Assembly (NCBI GenBank): GCA_048937405.1 | Contig: JBHLNF010000006.1 | Coordinates: forward strand, 96,001-160,000 | DNA: 64,000 nt | Direction of reading: 5' to 3' | DNA from: Promethearchaeota archaeon | GTDB taxonomy: Archaea > Asgardarchaeota > Lokiarchaeia > Sigyniarchaeales > SOKP01 | Part shown: positions 50,444 through 61,313 of the stretch, piece by piece | Position numbering within the stretch: the first letter of the stretch is position 1 | Layout of the letters: the number at the start of each line of letters is the position of its first letter | Program-made: the position numbers and the translations under genes | Notes under the pieces: generated by a model | What the model was told of the DNA's origin: nothing | Seen by the model: only the letters and a program-made list of their open reading frames with translations | Databases searched by the model: none

Positions 50444-50890
50444 ATGAATGGATTTAAAAAAGTGGAAGCGACAATCTTACTAATAGAAGATAATGCCGCC
50501 GATATTCATCTTACTAAAGAAGTTCTTCGAGAGAATAGTATTGTAAGTGAATTATATATTGTAAGAGATGGTGTTGAAGCAATTGATTTTTTAAAGAAAC
50601 AAGGGAAATATTCAAATGTAAATAGACCAAATTTAATTCTTTTGGACTTAAACTTACCCAAGAGAAATGGATTTTACGTATTGGAAAAGATTAAAGAAAA
50701 TGAAGAACTAAAAAGGATTCCAGTAGTCATTTTAACAATATCTGATGCTAAGGATGATCTAATAAAGGCGTATAATCTTCATGCCAATTGCTATGTGATT
50801 AAACCGTTAGAAATAAAAGAATTTTATAGAATTATTAATTCAATAGTGAATTTTTGGTTTACTATTGTAAAACAATATGAAGATGAATAA
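50444..50890 (+). CDS. Single-domain response regulator (Rcp1-type)
   Basis: LLIEDNAAD, RPNLILLDLNLP, AYNLHANCYVIKP. Confidence 0.92.
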   Translation: MNGFKKVEATILLIEDNAADIHLTKEVLRENSIVSELYIVRDGVEAIDFLKKQGKYSNVNRPNLILLDLNLPKRNGFYVLEKIKENEELKRIPVVILTISDAKDDLIKAYNLHANCYVIKPLEIKEFYRIINSIVNFWFTIVKQYEDE

Positions 50891-50967
50891 CTAAGAAAAA
50901 ATATAATTTCTTTCTAAAAGGTTCTTCCTTAAAAATAAAAATATGGAATAATCCTCTTTTTTTAATA

Positions 50968-51561
50968 CTAAGCAATTTTTATTGAAGGAGTAGATTTGTA
51001 TATATCTAAAAAACTTGAAACATGAATTTGAGGTTTTATTCCTTTTATGGTTTTAATTTTTAAATTTATAAAATTCCAGAGAGATCTTTCATCTTTGGCA
51101 ATGATTTGAGCTATGATATCATGATCTCCTGATGAAATCGCTATAAACTGGGTTTCTTCAAAAGAAGCAATCTTATTTGCAATATTCTTCATTTCTATAG
51201 GATCAACTTTGAGACCTATTAATGCTATTGTTTTGTAACCAACTTTTAGAGGATCTAAAATAGTATCTAATTGAGAAAATATTTCTTCTTCAAATATTTT
51301 TTTAACTCTATTATAAATTGTAAAAACAGATAGCTTTAACTTTTCTGATAATTTTCGATAAGAAATATCATTATTATTTTGCAAAACATTTAAGATTCTC
51401 TTATCTGTTTCATCTAAAGATTCACAATTCCAGCAGCGATTTTTTCGGTCATCATTAAAAATAATACCATGTTCTATTATATTCTCGTTACAAGTATGAC
51501 AAATTATTCTCCCTAAGGAATATTCTTTTTCACATTCAGGACAACTTACTATATTTATCAA
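50968..51561 (-). CDS. Zn-ribbon::Lrp/AsnC transcriptional regulator
   Basis: CPEC, CHTC, CWNC, then LDETDKRIL...TIYNRVKK, SSGDHDI. Confidence 0.85.
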   Translation of the reverse strand: MINIVSCPECEKEYSLGRIICHTCNENIIEHGIIFNDDRKNRCWNCESLDETDKRILNVLQNNNDISYRKLSEKLKLSVFTIYNRVKKIFEEEIFSQLDTILDPLKVGYKTIALIGLKVDPIEMKNIANKIASFEETQFIAISSGDHDIIAQIIAKDERSLWNFINLKIKTIKGIKPQIHVSSFLDIYKSTPSIKIA

Positions 51562-52002
51562 CTCATCTCCAATTATTGATATTTAATACTATAAAACTCA
51601 TTTTTCATTAAAATCTGAATAAAATTCATTTTATTGTTTTTTCTAATTTTAAACTAATTTAGCTTTTCTAATATAATTTATAGATTTGATAATATATAAA
51701 TCTATCGAAGTTTATTCGGGAAATAAGTTATATACCGTATATTCTTTATTGTTTAATCTCTAAAGAAATATATTATTCGTAGATTATGAAAATAAGATAG
51801 AAAGTTAATAAATATATCAAAAGAAAATTTATACCTGAAAATTAGATTTCATTAAATGTTAAATATAATTTAGGAGGATTTATTTTACTTATAAAGTCTA
51901 GAGTAAGTTATAGATTAAGTTCAACCTAATCCATCTTAAACTTAATTAGAACTCTATTTCTCCATAACATTATACTAAGAAAATTATAATAAATATTCTG
52001 TA

Positions 52003-52962
52003 TTAAATTACATAAATTATTAAAATTGAAAATATTCCAATTCCTATTGCGTATATTGGTATAAAATATTTCCAAATTTTATTAGGAAGAACTCTTACTA
52101 AGTAAGGAGCTGTAATAGCAGCGAAAAATCCTCCTGTAAATAATGATGGAAGAAGAACAAGATCTATACCAACACCAGCAAAGCTTATTAGAAAAAATGT
52201 GAAAATACCTAATATAGAGACAATAGATTCTGCAAAGGATACAATTGCAGTTGCACTCTTTTCATAAACTCCAGAAATTATTTGCCCCATTGTAATAACC
52301 GGTCCATATCCTCCTCCTCCTATCCCTTTATTGAATCCCGCCAATGCAGAAAAACCTATTAACATTTTTGGGCGTGATTTTAAATATTCTAATTTTCTTA
52401 ATTTTGATCCTAGAAAGCCGGATATACCCATGAAAATAACTAAAATTGCCACATATGTCTTGATTATTATAATAGGAAATTTAAGTGCATAATAACTAAG
52501 GATGATTGATGAGAAAATAGCAATACAACCAAAAAAAGCCATAATAAGTGAAATTTTAGAAGCGTCATTTAGCGGTCGAAATGAATATCGGATATTACTG
52601 AATTCATGATCAAAAATTGTATCGATTGCTCCTGTTATTGCCTCTGAAATTAAGATAGTTGGAACAACTTGAAGAGGAGAATAACCAAATATGAATAAAA
52701 GTGGTGATAAAGCTGTGCCAAATCCCATTCCCGCCATACTATCCATAGATTCAAAAATAAATGCAAGTAGAATGATACTTAATAGCAATTTCATAGGATT
52801 CAGCCCTTATAATAAAAAGTAAAATAATATCATTGTTAAAATGTAACAAATGAAGGCGATAATAATTCTTTTAATTGAACGTTTTTCTATTTTTGCGCGT
52901 TCTAGAATAGATTTTTCATCTAATTCTCGCGCTTCCTTTCCAATTTCCCAATCTACTGTCAT
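52003..52962 (-). CDS. TauE/SafE (TSUP) sulfite exporter-family permease; in-frame TAA at 52807-52809 separates a 51-aa upstream segment
   Basis: DSMAGMGFGTALSP, GIGGGGYGP; ATG 52962 is in frame with ATG 52794. Confidence 0.8.
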
Positions 52963-53229
52963 TTTGAAGAATTTAATTATTTAATTAAATTTAGTTGTAT
53001 GTCATTATATATAATTACCTGTAATGAAGATATAATATTTAAAACTTATGTTTTATTAAAAAATATATTTTAGCTCGAATAATATTCGGTGATTATCATT
53101 ATTAGCCGAACCTAATCCAGAATATTTAAATACTTTGTTTTATATTTATCATATGTCAAGAAAAGAAAAAAAAATAATTTAAAAAAAAAAATAATATTGA
53201 AATTTATTCAAAAAAAAGAGGTGAAAATT

Positions 53230-53691
53230 TTGTATAAAAAAATTTTGCTTGCTATAGATGATTCACCAAATTCATTAAGGGCAGTTGAAAGAGTAACTGA
53301 ACTTCTAAACTATTGGAATTGTAAGGTTATTATGATTCATTCAATCAAACATCCTACGAACATGGTACTTGAATCAGTTACTTTTCCCTCAGGGGGAGGT
53401 CTTTATTATGTTAGTGAACAAGAATTATTATATCATGCTAAAATGGAAGGGGAAAGATTATTATCAAGAATGACAGAAAAATTCCATGAAAAAAATTTAA
53501 ATGTTGAAACTCGAGTCATTACAGATGAGCATCCTAATGAATATATTGAAAGAGCAGTAAAAGACGAAGATATTGATTTAGTAGTAGTTGGCACGAAGGG
53601 AGTTCATTCAAAAATAAGACATATAATAATAGGGTCCATAGCACAGAAAGTTGTTAAACATACACCTTGTGATGTTTTAGTCGTTAGATAA
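53230..53691 (+). CDS. Universal stress protein
   Basis: YKKILLAIDDS, VVGTKG, GSIAQKVVKHTPCDVLVV; SD GAGGTGA before TTG 53230. Confidence 0.9.
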   Translation: MYKKILLAIDDSPNSLRAVERVTELLNYWNCKVIMIHSIKHPTNMVLESVTFPSGGGLYYVSEQELLYHAKMEGERLLSRMTEKFHEKNLNVETRVITDEHPNEYIERAVKDEDIDLVVVGTKGVHSKIRHIIIGSIAQKVVKHTPCDVLVVR

Positions 53692-54038
53692 TTAAATTAA
53701 AAGGAAGTGAAATGAAATAACTAAAGATATTAAAAATTTTGATCAAATAATAAGAAAAAATTCCATCAGTTCTTATAAAGAGGCACAAATAGAAGAAGAT
53801 GAAAATTATATTATTTATACAATCAAAAAAGATTTTAAAAATTCTGTTACTCACTGGCAATGTAAAAAAAAGATAAGCAAATTGAAACAAATTCTGCAGA
53901 ATAAAATGTGAGTTTATTATAGTTTTTATACATATCCAATCCCCATTTATCATAGTAAGGAGCAAAATTTCACGTTTTGATGCTTTTTAGTTTTTATACA
54001 AAATTTATTATATTAAAAAAAAGGAGGTGGGAAAAAAA

Positions 54039-54326
54039 ATGTTGGAAATAAATCAATTGGAAATCATTGAAATGTCTGAAAATCTTAAGTTAAAGATAGA
54101 AGAATTTTATCAACATTTATTAAATAGTTATTTTCCTTTTGATGCTTTATGTTGGGCTCTAGCAGAACTTGAATTAATTTTTGAATATGGTCCTAGAAAA
54201 TATTCTGAAAAAGATGTAATAAAAAGAGCTGAGAAAATTCTTAGCTCAGATATTAACTATAACTCTCTGTGCTTACTTATTTCGCGTTTTAAAGCATACC
54301 TCGAAGTAATTAAATTATATCCTTAA
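54039..54326 (+). CDS. Hypothetical protein
   Basis: SD GGAGGTG; internal repeat FDALCWALA / YNSLCLLIS. Confidence 0.6.
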   Translation: MLEINQLEIIEMSENLKLKIEEFYQHLLNSYFPFDALCWALAELELIFEYGPRKYSEKDVIKRAEKILSSDINYNSLCLLISRFKAYLEVIKLYP

Positions 54327-54360
54327 TTAGTATCAATTTATAACAATTTGTGGTGATTTT

Positions 54361-54744
54361 ATGATTGAAGTATTTAATAAACATAATAAAAAGATTGGAT
54401 TTATAGAGAATAAAAAATTCTTTGATAAAAAGCATAAACTAATAGGTTATTTAGATGGAGATATCTTAAAAAATAAGTCTGGTAATCCTATTCTTAGATT
54501 AGATAATCATGATGACATTTTTATAGACAATGAACAAATAGGCTTTATATACAATTCTAAAGTATTTTTTAGGGAACAACCTGTATTTGAAATCCTTAAA
54601 GAAAAAAGAAAGATTTATACTACAGATAAAAAGAACATCTTAAGTTTAACACAGAATCATGAAGTAATTGATATGATAGAGCTTTTAGCTCTAGCAACTC
54701 TTTTTCTTAAATCAAATTGGGTAAATGCTATGATTAGGTATTAA
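54361..54744 (+). CDS. Hypothetical beta-repeat protein
   Basis: Repeated KIGFIE/LIGYLD/QIGFIY units; SD GGTGA. Confidence 0.6.
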   Translation: MIEVFNKHNKKIGFIENKKFFDKKHKLIGYLDGDILKNKSGNPILRLDNHDDIFIDNEQIGFIYNSKVFFREQPVFEILKEKRKIYTTDKKNILSLTQNHEVIDMIELLALATLFLKSNWVNAMIRY

Positions 54745-54799
54745 AAAAAAATAATAATTTTTTTTTATTATTTCTATAAAAAATTAAATTAATTCATAA

Positions 54800-55654
54800 T
54801 TATGTAGGAAATTTGAGCTTATCTAAGGCTATCTCGAAATCTTTCTCTTTTTTTATGAGGACACCGAGAAAAGGCACCCCTTGCTTTAATTCTTCTATGC
54901 TAATGCCACTTTTTAGCAATACGCCAATCCAATCAAGAAGTTCTGAAGTTGATGGCATTTTTCTTAATTTCGTTATAGTTCGTAATGCATAGAAATGTTT
55001 TAAACATTGGTTTAAAAGATTTTCTTTTAAGTCTGGATAATGCAATTTACATATCTCTGCCATAAATTCTTTTGAGGGAAACTCTATCCAGTGAAATACA
55101 CATCTTCTTAAAAAAGCATCTGGGAGTTCCTTCTCATTATTAGAAGTAATAATTACAATAGGTCTGGTATTAGCTTTCACAAATTCCTTGGTTTCTTTAA
55201 TATAAAATTCCATTACATCTAATTCTTGTAGAAGATCATTGGGAAACTCAATATCTGCTTTATCAATCTCATCTAATAATAGTACAACTTGTTCTTCAGA
55301 CTCAAATGCTTCACCCAAAGGACCTAAAGTTATATAATCATGAATGTTGTCAACATCTCGATCTTCACATCCGAATCGACTATCATTCAATCTTTGAACT
55401 GTATCATACATATAACACCCATCAATTGCTTCAGTTGTACTTTTAATATTCCAAATGATTAATTTCTTTCCCAAGCTTTCAGCAATAGCATGGGCAAGCA
55501 TTGTTTTTCCTGTTCCTGGTTCTCCTTTGACTAACAAAGGTCTTGCAAGAGCTATTGCCACATTAACTATATTTTTAAGTTGTGGATCTGCAAGATATTT
55601 GATATTCTCAGTTTTAACGTCTCCTTGAAATTTATTAAAACCCATATTACTCAT
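54800..55654 (-). CDS. MoxR/CoxD-family AAA+ ATPase
   Basis: GEPGTGKT, YDTVQRL, LDEIDKADIEFPNDLL, TSNNEKELPDAFLRRC. Confidence 0.92.
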   Translation of the reverse strand: MSNMGFNKFQGDVKTENIKYLADPQLKNIVNVAIALARPLLVKGEPGTGKTMLAHAIAESLGKKLIIWNIKSTTEAIDGCYMYDTVQRLNDSRFGCEDRDVDNIHDYITLGPLGEAFESEEQVVLLLDEIDKADIEFPNDLLQELDVMEFYIKETKEFVKANTRPIVIITSNNEKELPDAFLRRCVFHWIEFPSKEFMAEICKLHYPDLKENLLNQCLKHFYALRTITKLRKMPSTSELLDWIGVLLKSGISIEELKQGVPFLGVLIKKEKDFEIALDKLKFPT

Positions 55655-55833
55655 AATTAACTGAAATTATTTTAAAATTAAATATTTTTTCAAATACTTA
55701 TTATCTATTTCAATTGAAAAAGTAATTTATTGAATCTTATGAGACAAAACAACGGGGAATAACTAAAACTTATGATTTTTTATTTATTTGCTAAAATTTA
55801 AAAACTCTCATTTGATTATAGTTTTGAGGAGAC

Positions 55834-56469
55834 ATGAATAATAACGACGACTCGACATTAATAAATATGATATGTCCCTATTGTAAAGAAAGCTTTCAAA
55901 AACAAGTAGATTATCAGAAAAAAACGGGTCTCTTTACAATTTTAATAAAAAATCATTCTGATGATAGTGAATGCCCTCCTTTTATTGCTTTTATTGACAA
56001 TAACGGAAAACATCGAGGGTCTCAAAAGATAGATGACGTTGGTGCTGAAGAAGAACTTTCTATCAATGGTCAATTCCTTGAAGCTGCTCGAACTAGGATA
56101 AATGAATTATCAAATGATATTAGATTTTACCATCTAAAGGTACCTCGGAAAGGAGGAAGAGGATTTGAGCATAAGGTTGCTAGTGTTTCAGATAGACCTT
56201 TTATGAGTTCTAGAATATATAAATTGATTGTAGATTTTTTAACTGCCTATGAAGAGGATACTACTTTTGGTACAATCACCATTGAAAAAAATACGATTTT
56301 TGAAGGTGGAGTATTAGTATATGGAAAATATCTTGGATTAATCTATACATTATTCTGGAAAGAACAAAAAGATATTTTAAACAAGACTATAGATGATTTG
56401 AAAGCAGAAGCTAATCTCACAGTAGAAAAACTTATAGAATTATATGATATAATGGATTTCTTTTTTTAG
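55834..56469 (+). CDS. Hypothetical protein with N-terminal CxxC/H/C metal site
   Basis: CPYC...H...C...FIDNNGKHRG; SD GAGGAG. Confidence 0.6.
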   Translation: MNNNDDSTLINMICPYCKESFQKQVDYQKKTGLFTILIKNHSDDSECPPFIAFIDNNGKHRGSQKIDDVGAEEELSINGQFLEAARTRINELSNDIRFYHLKVPRKGGRGFEHKVASVSDRPFMSSRIYKLIVDFLTAYEEDTTFGTITIEKNTIFEGGVLVYGKYLGLIYTLFWKEQKDILNKTIDDLKAEANLTVEKLIELYDIMDFFF

Positions 56470-56659
56470 ATATTTTGCTATAACTAATTTTTATTAAGAA
56501 TTTTATATTCCAACAAATCCTCTTAAGTAAATTGTTAATAATATTTCCTATCTATAAAATATAATAGAAACTAATTTTTACCAATCCTCATCAAATGATC
56601 GTAGCTTTTCGATTTTTAAAAATTGAAATATATTAGAATAACATTAAGAGAGAAAAATT

Positions 56660-57034
56660 ATGTCAAAAGAAAATGAAATATTAGAAGAATTAAAGAAGAT
56701 CCGTGAACTTTTAACTCCTAAACCAGAACCAGAACTAAAGAAACCTAAGAATCTAGCAGAAGAATTTTTACAGTTTATTAAGAAGTATAAAGTCCTTGGG
56801 ATAGCTTCAGCATTTATCATAGGACTTGCTATAAATGCATTAATAATGTCATTAGCAGAGGATATAATAACACCAATCATAGGTATTTTCATCCCAAATT
56901 TTGAAGATATTAAAGATCTTAAAGTAGATGTATTTGCTGTAGGAAATTTTATTGCAGCTGTCATTAATTTCTTAATTATTGCATTTATTATGTTTCTAAT
57001 AATTAAGTATGCCGCTAAAATAGGGATAGAATAA
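56660..57034 (+). CDS. mscL: Large-conductance mechanosensitive channel
   Basis: EFLQFIKKYKVLGIASAFIIG...DIITPII...GNFIAAVINFLIIAF. Confidence 0.9.
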   Translation: MSKENEILEELKKIRELLTPKPEPELKKPKNLAEEFLQFIKKYKVLGIASAFIIGLAINALIMSLAEDIITPIIGIFIPNFEDIKDLKVDVFAVGNFIAAVINFLIIAFIMFLIIKYAAKIGIE

Positions 57035-57139
57035 CTAATAAATTACAGAAGTTACTATTTAAATTTTTTTTTTCTAATTTAGGAAAACGTAAGAATAAAT
57101 GGAAAAAGAAATTAAATTTAGTTATATATATAATAGAAG

Positions 57140-58324
57140 TTAATCTCTCTGTCCTAATACAGTAGTAGAGCAAACACTGAAGGCACCCCCAAGATTATGA
57201 CATAACCCTAATTTAGCATTTGGAACTTGTCTTCCTTCTGCACGTCCTTGTAGTTGTTTGGTAATTTCTGTTAGCATTCGACAACCTGTAGAGCCAATTG
57301 GATGTCCAAAAGATTTCAATCCCCCCGATGGATTAATAGCCGTTTCTCCATCCCAATTAAATGTTCCATTTTTTAATTCTTCTGCAGCTTGACCACGATC
57401 ACAGAATTTTAAATCTTGACAATTTATTAATTCTGTAATTGTAAAGCAATCATGAACTTCTGCACAATCAATTTCTTTCCGAGGATTCATAACACCTGCT
57501 TCTTTATAAGCATATTCAGCGGCTTTAACAGTTGCGGGAAAACTGGTAAAATCTGCTCCTGGACCATTGGGAGGTATATACCATGGAAAGTTAGTTCTAC
57601 ATGATATTGAATTTGCTTTTACTAGGATATAATCATCTGCGTGAGCATAACTTTCAGCTAATTCTGGTCTAGTTAAAATAAGAGCCGCTGCTCCATCACT
57701 CATAGCACAACAATCAAAACGACCGAGAGGATCTGCAATCATAGGTGCTTTCATTGCTTGATCAATTGTTATTTTACTTCTAAAATGAGCTTTGGGATGT
57801 TCAGCACCATTTTCATGGTTTTTAACAGCAACCCTAGCCAAATCTTCTTTAGTCCATCCATATTCATGAAAAGATCTTGTTGCGGCCATAGAAAACATAG
57901 CTGGTGCAGATGGCATAGGATATAAGGGATGTCCAAACTGTGTGAAACCTGGAAGCCCACTCCCTCCTTCATCCATCAATTTTTCTACTCCACATGCAAG
58001 TACGATATCATAAGCACCTGAAGCAACAGCAAAGGATGCATTTCTAAAGGCATCCATCCCACTAGCACAATAATTTTCAACTCTAGTTGCAGGTTTACCA
58101 TCCATTCTTAAAATATCCTCCACCATAGCACCTGAAAGTCCCGTGAAGTAGTAAAAAATTCCAATCCATGTACTATCAATATCATCTTTAGTAATTCCTG
58201 CATCTTTTGTAGCACTTTGAACTGCTTCAAAAAGCAAATCATATTGATTTTTATCCCATAATTCACCATATTTAGTCATATCACAACCAATTATGGCAAC
58301 TTTATCTTTTATCCCTTTTCGCAC
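57140..58324 (-). CDS. Acetyl-CoA acetyltransferase (archaeal/SCP2-type thiolase)
   Basis: RVENYCASG, DGAAA, EVHDCF, NPSGGLKSFGHPIG, HNLGG. Confidence 0.92.
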   Translation of the reverse strand: MRKGIKDKVAIIGCDMTKYGELWDKNQYDLLFEAVQSATKDAGITKDDIDSTWIGIFYYFTGLSGAMVEDILRMDGKPATRVENYCASGMDAFRNASFAVASGAYDIVLACGVEKLMDEGGSGLPGFTQFGHPLYPMPSAPAMFSMAATRSFHEYGWTKEDLARVAVKNHENGAEHPKAHFRSKITIDQAMKAPMIADPLGRFDCCAMSDGAAALILTRPELAESYAHADDYILVKANSISCRTNFPWYIPPNGPGADFTSFPATVKAAEYAYKEAGVMNPRKEIDCAEVHDCFTITELINCQDLKFCDRGQAAEELKNGTFNWDGETAINPSGGLKSFGHPIGSTGCRMLTEITKQLQGRAEGRQVPNAKLGLCHNLGGAFSVCSTTVLGQRD

Positions 58325-58338
58325 TTATTTTCACCTCT

Positions 58339-59778
58339 TTATGGTCTCCCCCTCTCAGGTCGACATTTCCAATAATAATTTTTAAATTGTGCTCCTTCAT
58401 GCTCTTTTCTAAATGTCATTTCAACTCTCATACCTATTTGAACGTTTTCTTCTGGTTTATCTATTTCTGTCATGTTTAGGAGGACTCTTCCTCCACTATC
58501 TAAATCAATTACGCATCGAGGAACAGGTGTATTTGAGTATGTTCCACCAACTAAATGATCTAAAGTATAAGTAAAGATACTACCTTTTAATGAGAGTTTT
58601 ACTCTTTCAAACTGATCATCTGCTCTACATACATAACACGAACGCAACATATCAGGATATTGAACTGCTCCACAATTTTTACATTTTATTCCATACCATT
58701 TATATACTGATGCTGTATCACGCCAAATTGTAACTATAGAACTTTTTCTTATATATCTCTCCTTTTCAAGGATTTCCTTAAAGTCAAGGTACTTATTGTA
58801 ATTTTTTAGAGATGCCATAGATTTTTGGTGTCCAATTAAGCCCATTCGAGTTTTTCCAAGATTTCTCAGAGCATCTCTATTCTGTACTTGCATTAATATT
58901 GCATCTGCTCCATCACCGAAACCGGTCATAAGGATTTTTGCTTCTGGCTTTGGCCTTCTTAAAGCTCCAATTAATAAGATAAATGGCATTGGAGTTCCTA
59001 AATCACCAAGCTGGAAAAACACACTATTTTGGGCTACACCACCAGCAAATTTCATTAATTTTGAAACAGTACTATGCATTCTAGGATTGTTATAATAATA
59101 TGCTGCTGCACTAATATCTTCAGGTTTTAAATTATTTCTTTTTAAAATTTCAGACATCACTTTTGTAATACTCTCAAAATAGAATTTAGTATCCATTTTT
59201 ACCTCAAATGTTCTAATAAATTTGTCCTTATCTGTTCTTTTCCATGGTCCAGTAACATTTGCAGAGATAGAATAATAATCATCAATTGATAAAGGAAGGT
59301 TCTCATCCTCAGCAATAAGTAATGCTGCTGCTCCATCAGCAAATCCATATTCCCACATGGTTGATGGTTCTGGAACCCGAGTATCGGCTGCAACTACTAA
59401 AATACTTTTGATATCTTTATTAGCTTTAATAGTATCAACTGCGCGCGCTACTGCAGTTGTTCCTGCCTTTAATGAATCCGTAAAATCAGCTGTAATAATC
59501 TCTTCCCTCATATCAAGTATCGTGGCAATTAAAGAAGCAGAATCTTTTTCTGTATACACTTGGGTTGTCGACGCAAAAAATAAGCCATCAACTGTTTTTG
59601 GATCAAATCCTATTAAACAATCTAATCCAGCTTCTACAGACATAGTAAGACTATCTTCATCTGCCATAGCGACTGATTTTGTACCTGGAACAATCGGGAA
59701 ATCCCATGCTTTACCAATAAATTCCCTCGGTAAAAGATATTTAGGTAAATACACTCCATATGATTTAATTCCAATCAT
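58339..59778 (-). CDS. HMG-CoA-synthase-like domain fused to DUF35 Zn-ribbon/OB-fold
   Basis: DEDSLTMSVEA, ADGAAALLI, GFGDGADA; CKNC...CYVC, GSIFTYT, IGMRVEMTFRK. Confidence 0.88.
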   Translation of the reverse strand: MIGIKSYGVYLPKYLLPREFIGKAWDFPIVPGTKSVAMADEDSLTMSVEAGLDCLIGFDPKTVDGLFFASTTQVYTEKDSASLIATILDMREEIITADFTDSLKAGTTAVARAVDTIKANKDIKSILVVAADTRVPEPSTMWEYGFADGAAALLIAEDENLPLSIDDYYSISANVTGPWKRTDKDKFIRTFEVKMDTKFYFESITKVMSEILKRNNLKPEDISAAAYYYNNPRMHSTVSKLMKFAGGVAQNSVFFQLGDLGTPMPFILLIGALRRPKPEAKILMTGFGDGADAILMQVQNRDALRNLGKTRMGLIGHQKSMASLKNYNKYLDFKEILEKERYIRKSSIVTIWRDTASVYKWYGIKCKNCGAVQYPDMLRSCYVCRADDQFERVKLSLKGSIFTYTLDHLVGGTYSNTPVPRCVIDLDSGGRVLLNMTEIDKPEENVQIGMRVEMTFRKEHEGAQFKNYYWKCRPERGRP

Positions 59779-60152
59779 TTTTATATTTTTTTCCCTTTTG
59801 TTAAATTTATATTTAATTTATAAATTTATGATATACATAAATTTGTATACATCAAGTTAAATATATTTCTTATAATTTTAATTAGAAAATGAACTGAAAA
59901 ATATTATTTTAGAAAACATCTAATTGTATGTTATATTTACAAATAGATTTTAAGCTTATTTGAGTTTAATTTAATCAAGCATTTCTCTAAAAGGCTAAAA
60001 TCTTTTTTCAGGTATAGTTATTATAGGTATAAAATCTGTTTTTCCAAAATCATCAAATATTTTTTACTCAAATTTTTTAAGAGCTCCAAAAAACTTAAAA
60101 CACAAATAAATATTTTATTTTATGTAAAAATATTAAAGAGTGTGAAAAACAG

Positions 60153-61097
60153 TTGGAGTATTTAACTGAAGAAGAACCCATATCACATAAGATTTTATTT
60201 ACAGGTCTTGACACAGCAGGAAAATCAAGTATAATTCAAGTTCTTAAACGTGAGTTTTCAAAAATCGCTAAAATTCAACCAACCAAAGGAGCTCACAGAA
60301 GAGTTTTTACATTATTAGATAGAGAAGTTAGTGAATGGGACTTAGGTGGTCAAAAGACTTATCGTATATCTTATTTAAAAAATCCAGGCAAATTTTTTGA
60401 TGATACTGAGATTGCTATGTATATAATAGATATACGAAATAAAGATCGAATGAATGAAGCATTAAGTTATCTCAGAGATGTTATTGAACAATTTATAAAA
60501 TTGAAAATAAATCCTCCAATAAACGTTTTCTTTCATAAATGTGATCCGAGTTTGGTGAGAAGTAACCAGGATAATCTAAATAGTTATATCATCGAGTTAA
60601 CCGATAGAATTAAAAACGATATAACCTATGAACCTATTCATTTCTTCCAGACATCTATTTATGATACCTATTCTCTTATGAATGCGATGTCACAAATTTT
60701 ATTAGAATTATATCCAAAGTCTCAATTGTTACAAAAAACAATTGAAGAATTCGCTAAAAAATTAAATTGTGAAGGATTAATGATTATTGATGATAATACA
60801 CTAGTTATTGGTGCCTATTATGAAAATGATGAAGCTAAACTTTTATTAAATAAATCAATTGGTTATTTTCTCACATTAAACGATAATTTTTTAGAAATGG
60901 GATTAGGAGATCAAGAAGACCAGTTCTTAATACATAAGTTAGGGAAATATTTTTTATTCAAACAGTTTAAAATAAAAGTTAGTGTTCAACCATATTATGC
61001 GTTAATCCTGAAATCCTACAATCCATTTGACTTATATTTTCTTAGAAAAGAATATAGTACTTTTATTAATATTATGAATGAAATCATTAGTAAATAG
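60153..61097 (+). CDS. Small GTPase (Arf/Rag-Gtr-like) with C-terminal roadblock/longin-like domain
   Basis: GLDTAGKSS, PTKG, WDLGGQ, FHKCD, TSIYD, C-terminal extension. Confidence 0.85.
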   Translation: MEYLTEEEPISHKILFTGLDTAGKSSIIQVLKREFSKIAKIQPTKGAHRRVFTLLDREVSEWDLGGQKTYRISYLKNPGKFFDDTEIAMYIIDIRNKDRMNEALSYLRDVIEQFIKLKINPPINVFFHKCDPSLVRSNQDNLNSYIIELTDRIKNDITYEPIHFFQTSIYDTYSLMNAMSQILLELYPKSQLLQKTIEEFAKKLNCEGLMIIDDNTLVIGAYYENDEAKLLLNKSIGYFLTLNDNFLEMGLGDQEDQFLIHKLGKYFLFKQFKIKVSVQPYYALILKSYNPFDLYFLRKEYSTFINIMNEIISK

Positions 61098-61313
61098 AAT
61101 TTATATTAATGAGTAATAGATTACAGCTATAGAAATTCGTTTGATCTGTTGAGAGAAATAAAAAAATTACAGCTTTTACCAAACTTATTAAGCGATTTGG
61201 TATAAAAAAAGGAATGAGTGGAATTAAGGCAGCATAGTTCCTTCCATAATTATTTATTTCTTCTTAAGATAATGTCCCTAATGAAATACAATTAATAATA
61301 AATTATGAGTTTT

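Noticed and set aside
991-59860. Short ORF-track entries antisense or out of frame to well-supported genes (e.g. 991..1176, 13804..14067, 33692..33955, 48791..49063, 56644..56964, 59357..59860)
   Set aside because: Shadow ORFs without motifs that overlap genes with strong family signatures
61211-61245. Hairpin with ATGA (GGAATGAGTGGAATTA...TAGTTCCTTCC) as a second SECIS
   Set aside because: No 3' GA partner and no UGA-containing neighbour; more likely a terminator between convergent genes
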